Positions 1 through 12,499 of a stretch of 64,000 nucleotides of DNA are shown one piece after another. How positions within the stretch are numbered: position 1 is the first letter of the stretch; each line of letters starts with the position of its first letter. The DNA is from Blasia pusilla (taxonomy: Eukaryota): contig CM114271.1 in the NCBI GenBank assembly GCA_050084515.1, positions 29,326,001 through 29,390,000 of the forward strand. The letters run 5' to 3'. The position numbers were made by a program, and so were the translations under genes. Below the pieces are notes generated by a model, which saw only the letters and a program-made list of their open reading frames with translations, was not told the origin of the DNA and did no database searches.

Positions 1-3000
1 GTCTTTCACACCCAAGTGACTTGTTGACCAGGTCACCCGCCCCTGGTAACCTATGCACGCAGGTTACCAAGGGAAGGGCTATTTTTAGGAGAAGAGCCTT
101 TTGGCTCTTCCCAACCCTATATAAGAGAGGAAGATGGCTTTCCTAAGCCATCTTTCTCGTGTTGGGCCGTTGGAGCACCTTTCTTGTATATGTGTGAGAT
201 AGGACTAGGGTGCTAGCGTCCAGATTCCTTGATAGCACAGGGTGGACGAGGCTTGATATGTCGATGTAGATTGAGGAGTGGAGTTTTAGGCCGGGTATGC
301 CGTTTTTACTACTCTTTATTTTTACATGAGAAAGATGTCAGGGGGCTGGTGGGAATTCGTTGTTTGCAGGTAGGCAAGCGAGTTGCCTTGGTCGGGAGCC
401 CGTGGAGACGTTGGCTAGCATTGTATTTGTCATTTTTCTGTTTGGAAGGCCTTGGGCGGAAGCGCTGTCCGTATTTCTCAGATTTTGCTGGTGCGGATTG
501 ATTGGGGACAACAACAGGGTATAGTGCAGGTTGTGACGGCAAGTATAGCGTCGTCTAATAGCGGGAATGTCGAGATTTAGCAAGAAGGAGAGTTAGGGCA
601 TGCAGCCGCCGGGGGGTTGTCAAGTAAAGGGCGGTTAGGTCACGAAGGCTAGGGTTAGGGTGACGTGCGGCGACGGCACCCCCCCCCCAAAAGTTGGGGA
701 GGCCCATAGGGGTGCGGGCCAAGCCCCCCCTCCTTCCCCCCCGCATTTAGGGCCAGATTTTCCCCCCTCCAACGTGGTAGGACCGGATGTGGTGGAGTTG
801 TAGGGGCTGAAGGTGGTAGCGCAATCCGACACGGTACCATAGTTGGCGGGAGTGATGTGGTAAAGTCGGATGTAGTCCGAAGGGAAGACATGGTTGGGAG
901 CCAACCAGGGTGAGTCAGGTTACATGCACGGAGAGGTTTGCACGACATGATGTTTTTGGGGCGCGACAGGGCGTTGCGAGAGTTGACGATGGAGGGGCAG
1001 TGCACATGATGCCGATAGGTTGTCCGCATCTGTTGACGGAAGGATCGACGTGTTGGTCGAGGAGAATTTTGTGTTGCGGAGGTTGTCATATCACGTGGAG
1101 GAGTACATGTTGACGGTGCAACAGGTTGGAGGCCGTGATCAAGTTACCCATTCGAGTCCCTTTTTCCGCACTTATCGTGTGTGATTGAGAGTGTTGGGTA
1201 TCGGGTAGTAGCTGGTGCTAGGTGGTTGTAGTGATGGTGAGGAGTGTAGATTCTGTTCATATGTAGCATGTGGGTGGATTTACGGCGGTTGCCGAGTAGG
1301 GGTTGCGTGTATGACCCGAGAGAGTGTCACTAGGTTAGGTGAGTCAGTTGGGAGGCTTATGGTGAGCCCAAGTGTTGAGTGTGCGTGAGGCCGGGTATGT
1401 CATCACGGGATTGATGTTAGCATAGGTGAGCTAGTGAGGAGTGTGGGAGACTCTCGGTGAGTCTGAGTGCTTGAGCGGGTGAGACAGGGTTTGTCATCAC
1501 CGCGTTCTTCCAGGGTTCAGAAGAACAGGGTAATGGGAGCAGTAGTAGTGGTGTGACACGGAGTGGAGTGAGATACCGAGGGGTTACCAGTGAGGAGCTA
1601 CCTCAACATCCATCCGTGGCTGGATCGTCATCACTAGACATTGGGTCTGGTGACGAGATCATAGACAGAGACAGTAGTACTTGGCAGGAGATGGACGACA
1701 TGGGCCATCGGGGCATGCGTCGTTTCTCGGGTGCAGTGGGCACCAATGACTTAGATGATTTTATCCAGGAGTTTGACATTTGTGGTGCGACTTCCAAGAG
1801 ATACGGACCCCGACACGGTTCAACCCTTTCATGGCCTGGAAGGGGTTGTTCCAACACTTGGAGGGTCCTCCAATGGATGACTACATGGAGTTTCGATCAC
1901 TATATTCAGTAGAGATCGATGCCTGGAGGATGTATTGGGCTCCAGGGTATGTGTCCACTAGTGGTTGCGTGGCACATGATGGGATTGTGAGAGGAGAGAG
2001 ACCCACACCATCAGACCGGAGACTAGATGGAGAGAAGGATAGTGAGACAAGCGATGTGGCAGAGACCTTTGGTGGTAGAGGGCCACCCAGCTTTAGCCCC
2101 ACAGTGGAGTTCTTCCGACAGTTGGGGAAGAGCTACCAGGGCATACTCACCGACAAGCTGAAGAGTCTACAGGATTTTCAGCGACGATCGGATGAGAGTC
2201 TGAGAGAGGCATTCACACTCATGAGGAGGCTGATCACTGCTACGTATGGAGTGACTGAGGTGTAGTCAGCCCAGTATTGGTACGAGGTTCTGGACCGAGA
2301 ACTACGGAGGAGAGTCCGAGATACAGTGCTGATTCACACAGCGAAGCCCACATTGACGGTGGTCTTTGAGTTGTTTGAGCGTATTGAGCTCAACATGAGT
2401 GAGGAGCAGGTAGTGATCACTGGATTTTCTCGAGAGTCGACGGGTCCATGAGCGACGGTCACCCCACAGGTGCCACAACGAGCACTAGTACCATGGGAGC
2501 GGGCCAGTGTGCCCAGAGAGCAAGGCGGGTACCGTGAGCCTATGAGGCAACGACCCGTACCTACATATGTTTCCTGCAGGGACCGATGTGGTCTTGTTGG
2601 ACGTGTGGAGAGGCCCATAGGCAGAGAGACTGCCCACAGCATGCCAGAGGACCACCAACGCCTCCGATTGCTCAGGAGCCACAGAGGATGGTCCCACCAT
2701 AGCACCAGTGTGACTATTGCCACAGATATGGTCACACTAGGGATAGATATTTTGACCTTCGCCGAGGGGCACGTCCAGAGGTAGGATGAGGGCTTGGGGG
2801 CGGTCGTCCTCGAGGAGGTCGGGGAGTCCTTCTTGGACGTGTTGGTAGAGGACCACCACCAGCCACAGGAGATGGAGCAAGAGCACCAGAGCCGACACTT
2901 CTCTCACGCATTGATCAATTGGAGCAGAGAATTGATGCCATGAGGATGATGCGGCTTAGGGAAGGCACGGAGCTACGAGCAGCTAGTGTGACTCCAGCTT

Positions 3001-3364
3001 CTACCTCTTACCCTGACCCGGGTAAGGATCTCGCCAGTATGGGATTTATGTGTAGTGCAGCCCAAATTGAGGTAGCTGCAGTGGTGCTGCAAGAGGCACC
3101 GAGCCATCGAGAGGTGGAGTTGAGATTGACCCACTAGAGGGGACAGATGGGCGGCAGGCCAAGGTTCCACGACCCGTGGCCTCCTTGCGGGAGAAGAGGG
3201 GGGAAAGGGGGGGGGGATCATACTCATACATATGATCTCCATGTATATGTATGAGTTGATTTTTGTACATGTGTGGATCGACCCGTGTGTGGGAAAGATC
3301 GGTGTTGTGTGGTGTAGATATGACCAGCAATGTATGTTCTGTAGCGATATGTATGCGCACGACA
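1..3364 (+). mobile_element. Non-autonomous Gypsy-related retroelement, family F1 copy 1 (module A partial, gag, module B); left end lies outside the window
   Basis: 1-310 aligns with 24760-25085 and 50290-50580 (TATATAAG at 118-125, AGATGGCTT/AAGCCATCT hairpin). 1140-2800 aligns with 36240-37900. Purine tract at 3191-3217. Ends in terminal motif ...TATGCGCACGACA at 3364. Confidence 0.8.
1553..3137 (+). pseudogene. Frameshifted gag-like ORF with two zinc knuckles
   Basis: ORFs 1553-1912 and 1780-2265 join as LDDFIQEFD/WCDFQEIRTPTRFNPFMAWKGLFQHLEG. Manual translation gives CWTCGEAHRQRDC (~2597) and CDYCHRYGHTRDR (~2710). Homologous copies at 36610-37880 and 42600-43570. Confidence 0.75.
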
Positions 3365-3829
3365 GCAATCTTGCTCTTCCAAGTGGGAAATATCTTCATC
3401 AAATATGACGTCATGGCTCATAACCACCTAGTGATGCCCTAAGAAGAAGAGCTTATAACCTTTCTCTCTAGTGTCATAGCCACTAAATATAAATTGCACA
3501 CTTTTATCATCGAGTTTTCTTTTTCAATTTTGTTGGTAAAGATACATGAGCTACACACCCAAAATTGGAAAGGTATGTGACATTTGGTTTGACACTAGTG
3601 AAGACTTCTTCAAGTGTTTTGTCTTGCAAAACCCTTATTGGGCATTTTTTCAAGATGTAGATAGTCACGCTTCCTCAAACCATAATACTTATCTCTAGGA
3701 AGAGGCCTCTTCCTAGAGATAGGTGGGGAGATCTTGCCCCTACGGCATGCGCCTCACCATCTCTATTACCGTAACTGTCATGAACACCAAGACAAAGTCT
3801 GTGTCCGCAGACATGTCCATGTCCGTGCG

Positions 3830-4610
3830 GGCGTGGGAACCTGGATGCGGGGCCCGCACTCGAGCCCGCCCGGAGTCCACACCCGTTGCGTGGTCCGCAT
3901 CCTGACCTAGGGTGGGCTCGGTACAGGCTTGAGGCCTGCCTTGCTAGCTTGGAACCCTCACCTACCTGCGCTCTGCCCGCGTTTGCCCGCTTGGAGCCCG
4001 CACCTAGCCGTCCAGAGTCTGCGTCCAATCATCTTTGAGCCCGCGCTTGCCCGCCCTAGCCCGCACTTGCCCACCCAGAGCCCGCGCCCAATTAGCCCTA
4101 AGCCCGCGCTTGCCCGCCTTGAGCCCGCACATGCCCGCTCGGAGCCCGTGCCCAATCAGCCCTGAGCTCGTGCCTGTCCGCTCCGAGCCTGCACCTGCCC
4201 GCCGGAAGCCCGTGCCTGCCTCGAGCTCGCACTTGCCCGCTCCGAGCCAACATCTGCCCGCGCCTGCCTGCCTCGAGCCCGGACCTGCCCGCTTGGAGCC
4301 CACACCCAATCAACCAAGAGCCCGCACCTACCCGCCTGAGCCTGCACTTGTCCGCCTTGAGCCTGCGCCTGCCCGCTCAAAGCCCGCCTAGAGCCCGCCC
4401 TACGGGCCATGCAACGGGTGTAGGCTCCGTTAGCCCGGGTCTACGTGGCGGGCTCGGGTGCGGTCCGGGCATGTCCGAGGACCTGTTTGTTTCCGTGCAA
4501 CCTTAGGTTGTGGGCTCTACGCGGGCTCCAAGCGGGCTTGGATGCAAGCCGGCATGTCCAGACTTGTCTGTCTCATGGATGGATTTGTTCCTTTCCGTGC
4601 AACCTTGATC
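3830..4610. repeat. GC-rich array of GAGCCCGC/CTTGCCCGC motifs, probably DNA-transposon subterminal repeats
   Basis: Dozens of short degenerate motifs. CGTGCAACCTT occurs at ~4495, ~4596 and ~7321. A similar array lies at 49500-49770. Confidence 0.6.
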
Positions 4611-4939
4611 AAGTGGCAAGGTACAATATGTTATTAGACTAAGTTGATGACCATTCAAGATCTATGTTGGTCTATTACTTGCAACACAAACCAAATGTAT
4701 TGGGTTTACTCAAGAAAATCAATCTACAACAATAATGGAATCCTTGCATCTCCATTTTAGCGAGCTTCTCTCAATGGTGAAGATGAATCTTAGATAATTA
4801 AACAAAAAGAGGGGGAAAATTCATAGGGAAAGCCTTTAAGAGTTTTTGTTGTGATTATGGCATTTGTCATCAATTTACTACTGCCTACTCCCCACAATAA
4901 AAGAAAGTGTTATAGTGTTTAGAGTAGGAATTAAATCAT

Positions 4940-5225
4940 AAATCCTAAACCCTATGCAAATGCATAAACCCTTAACCCTAAGCCTAAGCATCACAAACCC
5001 TAAGCCCTAACTTAAAGCCATTAACCCTAAACCCTAAGCCATAAACCATAATCCTTTACCCCTAAACCCTAAACACTAAAAATCCCAAACCCGAAACCCT
5101 AAGCCATAAAGCCTAAACCCTAAGGCCGAAGTCATAAACCCTAAACCCTAAGTGTATGCCAAAAAAGCCTAAACACTTAAAACCCTAAACCGTAAGCCTT
5201 ATCACTGAAAACCCTACACCCTAAG
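4940..5225 (-). repeat. Degenerate plant telomere-like array (CCCTAAA)n
   Basis: Many AAACCCT/AAGCCCT variants. Confidence 0.75.
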
Positions 5226-5756
5226 TCATGGATAATTATACTAGATCTAGGTATTAATTCATTGGCCATATACACAAAAAATATAGATCACTCTCAAGGG
5301 CCATTCCACCCCTTGGTTCGTCAAATGACTAATGGAAGAATGTATTTACTATTCCAAACCATACACCTCAAGTTGTAAGCCCTAAACGATAAGTCACACA
5401 CACTTAGATAATGTCATATTTTTCCGATAATCATACAAGAACAAAACCGGGTTTTCTAAAAGACGATATTTGTCAATCGTTGCACATTGATAATATATAA
5501 AGATTTACTTGGTTATTTTTCTGAAAATTATTAGGCCATCCAATAGTGGGAATTTATACTTTTTTTAAAAACCCATTATTACAAATTTGATCCCTTAGAA
5601 AATCTGATTTTGTTCTGATATTGATATTCATAGACACAAGGTTGAAAATTTGTGGGTGTTTCTAGATTAGTGTCGCTATCGTCAATTGTAGTTGGAATTT
5701 TCAAGTATTATCACTGAAGAATTTATTCCAATCAAGGATGACATTGTATTGTCGAT

Positions 5757-5980
5757 ACCTTAGGATTGAGGGCTTAGGGTTTAGGGCATATGGCTTAGGT
5801 TTGAGGGTTTAGGACAAAGGGTTTAGGATCTAAGGCTTAGGGTTTAGGATGTAGAGTATATAGCTTAGGTCTTAGGATGGAGGGCTTAGGGTCTAGGATT
5901 AAGGGTTTAGGGTGTATGACTTGGGTGTAAGGGCTTAGGGTTTGGATTTTAAGTATATAGCTTAGGGTTTAGTATCAAGG
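5757..5980 (+). repeat. Degenerate plant telomere-like array (TTTAGGG)n, inverted relative to 4940-5225
   Basis: Many TTAGGG/TTTAGGA/CTTAGGG variants. Confidence 0.75.
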
Positions 5981-6451
5981 GTATTTGAAGGATATAGGAT
6001 GTGGCGCCTTCTATAAAGGATTTCGTTAATCCCTTTTTTATCTAATGTCCAAATGGATTTAAGCTTTTGGCTTCAAAACATAAATTGGTACATTTTGGAA
6101 TAACTTCCAAGTTTAGATAATCATGTGACTATTATTAATTCTACTTGTTGCCATTTAATCATTGCTATGTGTGGCTGTGATTTCATGCAATTTTGAGGTA
6201 GATCCTTACAAAGAGTAGCTTGGGCCTAACACAGATTCAAACAAGTTAAGCATAAGCACAATCATTTATTCTATAAGTTCATACAACATGTGTAACTAAA
6301 TAATATACAATTTAAATTTGATGTGGTCCGAGAAATAATAGATAGTCCATAGAATTGATTATACAAAGAAATAAGATTAGACAAATATTTATATCTAGAG
6401 ATCTATTATGACAACCCAAATCACAATCTAATAAATTGCGATTATGCAGTT

Positions 6452-7050
6452 TCAAATCTTGATATGGTATTATTTATCGGGTTCGGATATGTTTGTAACT
6501 TAATCATGGGATCCTCCTAAATTTTGGGAGGAATGGAAAAAAAAACTTAGTCGCAATTTTTTGATAATTTTAATAAGAAATTTTTACAAAAATTCCAAGT
6601 TTGGTTTTCAATTTTCCGAAAAAAAAATGGAATAACACCAAAAATATTCATGCTTCCTCAAACCATAACACTTAGAAGAAATTTTATTTTTTTATCAACT
6701 TTTAGTTTTAAATCATAGATGATAACAAACGTGTATATCATGAGATCTATTATAAAAAAATTATGTCATAATCTTTTAGTTTTAATTTTTTTATTATATT
6801 CTAAGTGTTTATGGTTTGAGTAAGAATAAATATTTGTAGTGCAATTCCATTTCTAATTTTTTATGTGAAATTGACAACCAAACTTGGAATTTTGACTCTT
6901 ATTATTTTCATTTATTTTGAACAAAATAAAAATTATGAAATAACTTGCAGCTCAGTTTTTTTATCCATTCTTCCAAAATTTTAGAAAGATCCCATTATCG
7001 AGTTATGAGCATATCCAAACCCAATAAATAATACCATACCAAGGTATGGA
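6452..7050. mobile_element. AT-rich foldback/MITE-like long inverted repeat
   Basis: 6452-~6690 is the imperfect reverse complement of ~6790-7050 (ATGGTATTATTTATCGGGTTCGGATATG vs CATATCCAAACCCAATAAATAATACCAT; CCTCAAACCATAA vs TTATGGTTTGAG). Confidence 0.75.
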
Positions 7051-8564
7051 ATTACATTCTAAGCTTTGATTATTTGCTCATTATGAAAATGATATCTTCT
7101 ATATACAACATCATCAATCCTCAACAAAAAATATTGAAGCGGGTGCAAGCCAACCGAGGGCTCACAAACCGTACACCCATTCAATCCCTTACCACCTTCC
7201 TTAATCCGATTCTCGATCTGTTTTGGGATCTTAAGCCTACACAGGCCATTGGGGTATCGAAAAAACTTGGGCGGAGGATCTGTTGGGCATGTTTGTCCTA
7301 TGAACAGACAAGTCCATTTGCGTGCAACCTTGGATGGATTTCATCAAAAGAAAAGTTTGGTTTTTTTTCACTAGATATAATTAAAAATAACTTGTATAAA
7401 AAATGACTCAAATTATATCTTTGTTAGTTTAATTTCATTCTTATAAGTAATGACTTATCAAACCAACATAGTCATATCCCCATTACTTATAAAGTAATTA
7501 TACTCATATACAGCATAATGATTTTTCTTAAAATTATGAATATCATTAAATATTATACAAGAAACATGATTGAATGGAACAGGTTGAGATTTCATATTTT
7601 ATTTTCAAAAAATTTCATAAATGGTATGAACCTTAAGGAGAAGGAAATTTTCATTTTAATTTTGGAATTAAACTCATATGATGAATCGAGTGAAAAAATG
7701 CATTTTCATTGATAATTTTCATAGCAATGATTCTTTCTCAAAATCAATATTTAATGCTGGATTTCTATTTTATTTCCTTAAAAAATGAATCCACATATTT
7801 CTTGTTCATTTATGAAAAATTTGACAAACTTTCAAAAAAATATTATTACAAATTCAATGAAAAAAAGAAGATAAGATATTTATCAAGAATAATAGTATTG
7901 GGCTTACTATCATTATGTTGCAAGATGAATTTATTTTAATATTTTTTGGAATATTAAATTTATTACTTATTAGAAAAACTTTTTTTTTGGCAATCTTGGA
8001 ATGAATTTTCTACTTGAATAGTTTAGACCTCTCATTATTTTTTAAGATATTACTTTCAAAAAAAATCTCAAATATTTTTATTTTCAATCCTGGATTTCTC
8101 ATTTCCTTTCTTTAAAAAGATTTCACTTCAATCACTCACTCCTTATCTTTCCCTGTAAACCTTAAGTTTACATATTTGTAAAAAAATTTGACTACAAACA
8201 TGAGTTTAGAAGGAAGAAATGCTTACCAAGATTATATAAAGGGAATTCACATTATCTGTTCGGTGAAAGATGCATAAGATTCATAAGATTTAAAGTAGTA
8301 GACTCTAATAGATGAGCACACGAGAAGGATGGAACTTGTTTAATAAAATCTTGGATTTAACAAACAGATGTAATTTTTGCAATAGATGTTAAATACTAAT
8401 GCTTCACAATATTATCAAGTTTTTTTGGATCATTTAAAATAATTATAAGTAAGCAAGGGAGGGTCAATAGGAAATAAAATTAGGCAAAAAAAGTTATTCA
8501 AGGGAAATTTTTATTGGCATATTTTAATTAAGTCTACGTAAAATAGGGAGGGTCAAATAGGAGC

Positions 8565-11500
8565 CTAGCCATACGTGATATATGGGGCATATGTAATATG
8601 ACATATGGTATGTGCATCTTTGAATTCAAGAGTCATGGTTTCTAAGCAAAGAATCAAATTTACATCTCTTTTAACAAAATCATTAGTGTCATATAGGAAT
8701 TTGAAGTTTCTATTTAGACCCGTACGTTTAAGCCAGTTAAACACTTCTCTGCAAGCAAAACCTTCTATAGTACTTGAATTTATTTTATCCAAGTCAAATG
8801 GCTCTCTACATCTTCCCCACTTACTACCATATTTTTGTTGGATTATTTGCACTCTACCAAACCAAGAAACTAATCTTGTAGATGATGTAGTTTGAGCTTG
8901 AGTCGTAATTCTGGTATAATTTTTCCTTCTGGTATATCCTCTTGAAATAAAACTACACTATCCACACCTACATCAAGCAAACATGTAGGAACTCCTATTA
9001 AAGAGAAGTGACTTTGAACATTCTCGGGATTGTAATACAAACTTTGTTGTACATTGATTAATCTATACTTAAAAAATAAAGGATTTCCACAAAATTGGCT
9101 AGCAAGAGTGGATTTATATATTCTAGCTATTACCTTCAAATTCCAGCTAGTTGAATATTGATAAAATTTGGGTTAAGCATTGAATCATTGAGAATTTCCC
9201 CAATCACATGGCAGACTTTGTGTGTTGCATTCTCCATATCATCTCTCCTATCAATCTCCATGGGTTCTTCAACATTGGTAGCAACCATGTTAACTAATTG
9301 CCTCTCCAAATTTTGTTGTCTTGATGCATCAACATTTTTTGTCAACCACACCTTCAAAGGGGTGAAAGCTTTTTCATCATGGTCAATAAGTGAATCCAAT
9401 AATTTATGATCTCTAACTTTTTTGGAGCCATTTTCCCTCTCCCTTCCAAGGAAACCTCTTTCACTCTAGTTTGCTCTCTAAATGAAGGTGTACATACTAT
9501 GTGGATGCATGCTCAACTGAATGCATAGATTTCTAGCAAACCTTCTTGTAAAGCCTCCACCACCTGGTCATTGGTGGCTATCATTGAGAAATCTCCAAGA
9601 TTAGCTACTTCACCAAGTTTCAATGGATGCGCGTAACTTATGCCATATAAATTCTTGCTTGGAATAACATCGAGATAATTTTAAGCCCTCCTCACCAAAC
9701 TCCATGGTTGACAATCTATTCAAACCAATTTTAGAGTCTAATAGAGTGGAGGAATCGTAGTTTCTCTCATGCCCACTCATACCATCCGTATTGAAGAAGA
9801 AAATCTCCATAGAATCAAACCCACATGAGTGCAAAGTTGTAGGGAGATTTGGATAGCAATCTCTAAATAATATTAGAAAGAAAACTGAAAAATATAGAGA
9901 AATTTGTACATCATAGAAAGCCTACAAGGTAGCCATATTTTTCTCACCAAATACCACGTTATTTCTTGCCTCTGCATGAGGTGGAGCTTTCAACCAATGC
10001 ATCCATAATCTAGAAAAGAAGGATACCTTGGGTGTCTTCCTCACTCTCTCAAAAAAATTCAAAGTAAATGAATAAAATATATCTATGTAATCATAACACA
10101 CTTGAAGGTATGATTAAGTCACCAACACCCTTTCATGCAACTCATTTTTCCTATCTTACATTTTTCTCAAACACTCTAAAGTGAGGCTATAATTTATACC
10201 TCACTTCACATGCTCCAAGGTTTCATGATTCATGCCCATGGCCATTGGTTTTGGACACCTATCTAGTGGGTTTATAAGTGTCTTGCCACAATGGGGAGGA
10301 TCATGGTCTGCTAAACCATATACATGTCCATTTGGTAGAATAGAGATGTGTATGGCTCCAACCAACCCAATCAATACCAAAGCGAGGTCCTACTTTGCTT
10401 CAATAAGATTTCATCATGATTTTTCTCCTACGTGAGCCATCATCACTAGTATATCTTATCAAGGATCCAACATCCACCCTACAATACTCATCCCACATGG
10501 TCTTTAATTCTTGCCATTAATTCCAAACCCTTTTTTTTTAACCTTAGGCTACTACATGTACATGTTGCCCAAATGGCTAACTTAGGTAGTTTATTATGTG
10601 GAAAATTACATATAATAACTCATGCATAGAGTCTTGAACAATGACTCATAAAAGAACCAAATTTTTTCTCATAACTTGGAGAACCATTTCCGACCTGAAC
10701 CTCCAAACCATAGAAGTAGACATGATAGTCAATTATCCCACAAAGACCAATAAGTGTGTCCCATTTTGCTTCCCATACGCAAATATACATGTGAAACTAC
10801 ATTGATGGATAAAAAATTATGAGACATTCCAAACCCTTCATAATCATATGAGGGTTGGAAAGAAAATTATTCACTCACCTCACTCAAGGTTTGATTCAAG
10901 TTTCATTGTATACATGCAAAAATTACAAAAACATCTCCAATAATTTTGGCCTCTTCTTTGCCACGCTTTGTATCCGTCCAATTTCCTTGAAAATAGTAGA
11001 TCTCAATCCACTTCTAAATGGAACCAAGTTGGCTCTATCTCTCTTCAATGTCCTAACTAAAGGTCCCGACAAGTTTATGTGAAAGCACTGAGTAGTTTTT
11101 TATTCCCCAAATTGAAGAAGAGTTTGGGCTGCAACTGTGCCCCATTTACTATACCGTTTTCCGTTACCTGATCCATAGTTTTTAAGACTCAATATGTTCT
11201 ACCCCACATCCTTTATGAAATCCCATAGGACTTCCTTCCCACCAGATGCACCAGCTCTATAAGCTATAACAATGTTACGACATAATGATAATACCTCTTT
11301 ACAACTAGCAAAGCTTTGGACTAACTTTGGAAGTTTCGGCTTTCGAGTCCTAAGAGCACATACCCTCTTCATCAACAAAAAATCATCCAAATCATAATTT
11401 TCCCTATTGAAAGTTCACCTTAGAGATATGAGTTTTGAGCTCTGGAATTGTCTAATATCTCAATCTCTAGCCCTTGTTTGTATCCCCATGACCCCACTTG

Positions 11501-11700
11501 ACATTAACATTTATCTCCCTTATCACCCTCTTCCTAAAATCAGATTTCTTGGCCAATGAATGGCAATAATCATAAGTGAGGTCATCATCACCACTAATTG
11601 ATACTTAACATGTCGGAATAATCCATCTACATGCACAATGGTGCCATAAAGAGGATTGAAGATTGAATTTTCCTTTCATGTACGGCTCTGCATATTAGCT
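8565..11700 (-). pseudogene. Decayed DDE transposase, P-element/THAP9-like motif order
   Basis: Minus-strand manual translation gives, in order, YNET.IK (~10900), TSDDGSRR (~10440), DHDPPHCGKTLINPLD (10308-10261) and CGFDSMEIFFF (~9810). Fragmented ORFs at 11199-11390, 9610-9834, 9136-9399, 8870-9139 and 8565-8852. Confidence 0.5.
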
Positions 11701-12499
11701 ATTTCCCATAGATTTATTATGCAATAAACCCCTTGATATTCAAAGGTTTTCCTTCATCTTTAATAACAAGTTGAATTTTCTTTCCATAATCTCCAATAAA
11801 GAGTGGACAAGGATAAATTAAAACTAGCTATTGGATTCTCAACATCCACTCCTCTGAGCACCGTTGATTTGATCGGCCCCCTTGTATGAGGAGAAGCCTA
11901 GATTGATGGTTCCGACTTAGACGTCGAAGGAGTCATAGTAATATGACGTAGGTGGTTTACGGAGTAGCGTTACTAGGTTTATCTAACCCTATATTGATGC
12001 AATATAGGGTTAGATAAACGTAGGGTAATTTTTCTATTAATAGAAACGAAGAAAAATAGGCAAAAACCTTAGTTTTCCCGAGTAGTGAAATAGTCGGGAG
12101 CCGCAGCGGTAGCGCATTCTTGTATGTCGAGTTATCTCCCAGTTCAGGTTCCATCGAAGCTCTTCTGTGAGCGCACGGACGGACTAGGCCACTTTGTATC
12201 TCTAAGTTTTGTAAAGATTTCAGTGATTTAGTCACTTTCTGCTTTTCTCACACCAGCTTCCTCACGTGATAATATTGCTACTGTGTTGGGACTGGCCCAT
12301 TAGGATTTTCAACATCTCCATCAACTTTAAACCACTTAAATAATGACTTTTGGACATTTTCCCTCTTCAAGGACTTGGGATTTCTACGTGGATTCCTAAT
12401 TAAATTGTAGATATAGAGAACTCTTCAAATTATTCACTTAAGCACTCACAGTAGGATGATGCCTTGCACTTAGTAAATGTTGGCCTAGGTTATACTTAA

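Noticed and set aside
938-960. TGCACGACA as a possible 5' LTR end of F1 copy 1
   Set aside because: Lacks the rest of module B, is not followed by a clear PBS and is not conserved in copy 2; kept as a caveat for the asymmetric-terminus finding
3830-4430. CRISPR-like repeat/spacer appearance
   Set aside because: Repeats are degenerate and irregular with no unique spacers; eukaryotic context; no cas genes
3675-4642. Many overlapping Pro/Ala/Arg-rich ORFs
   Set aside because: By-products of a GC-rich repeat array lacking stop codons
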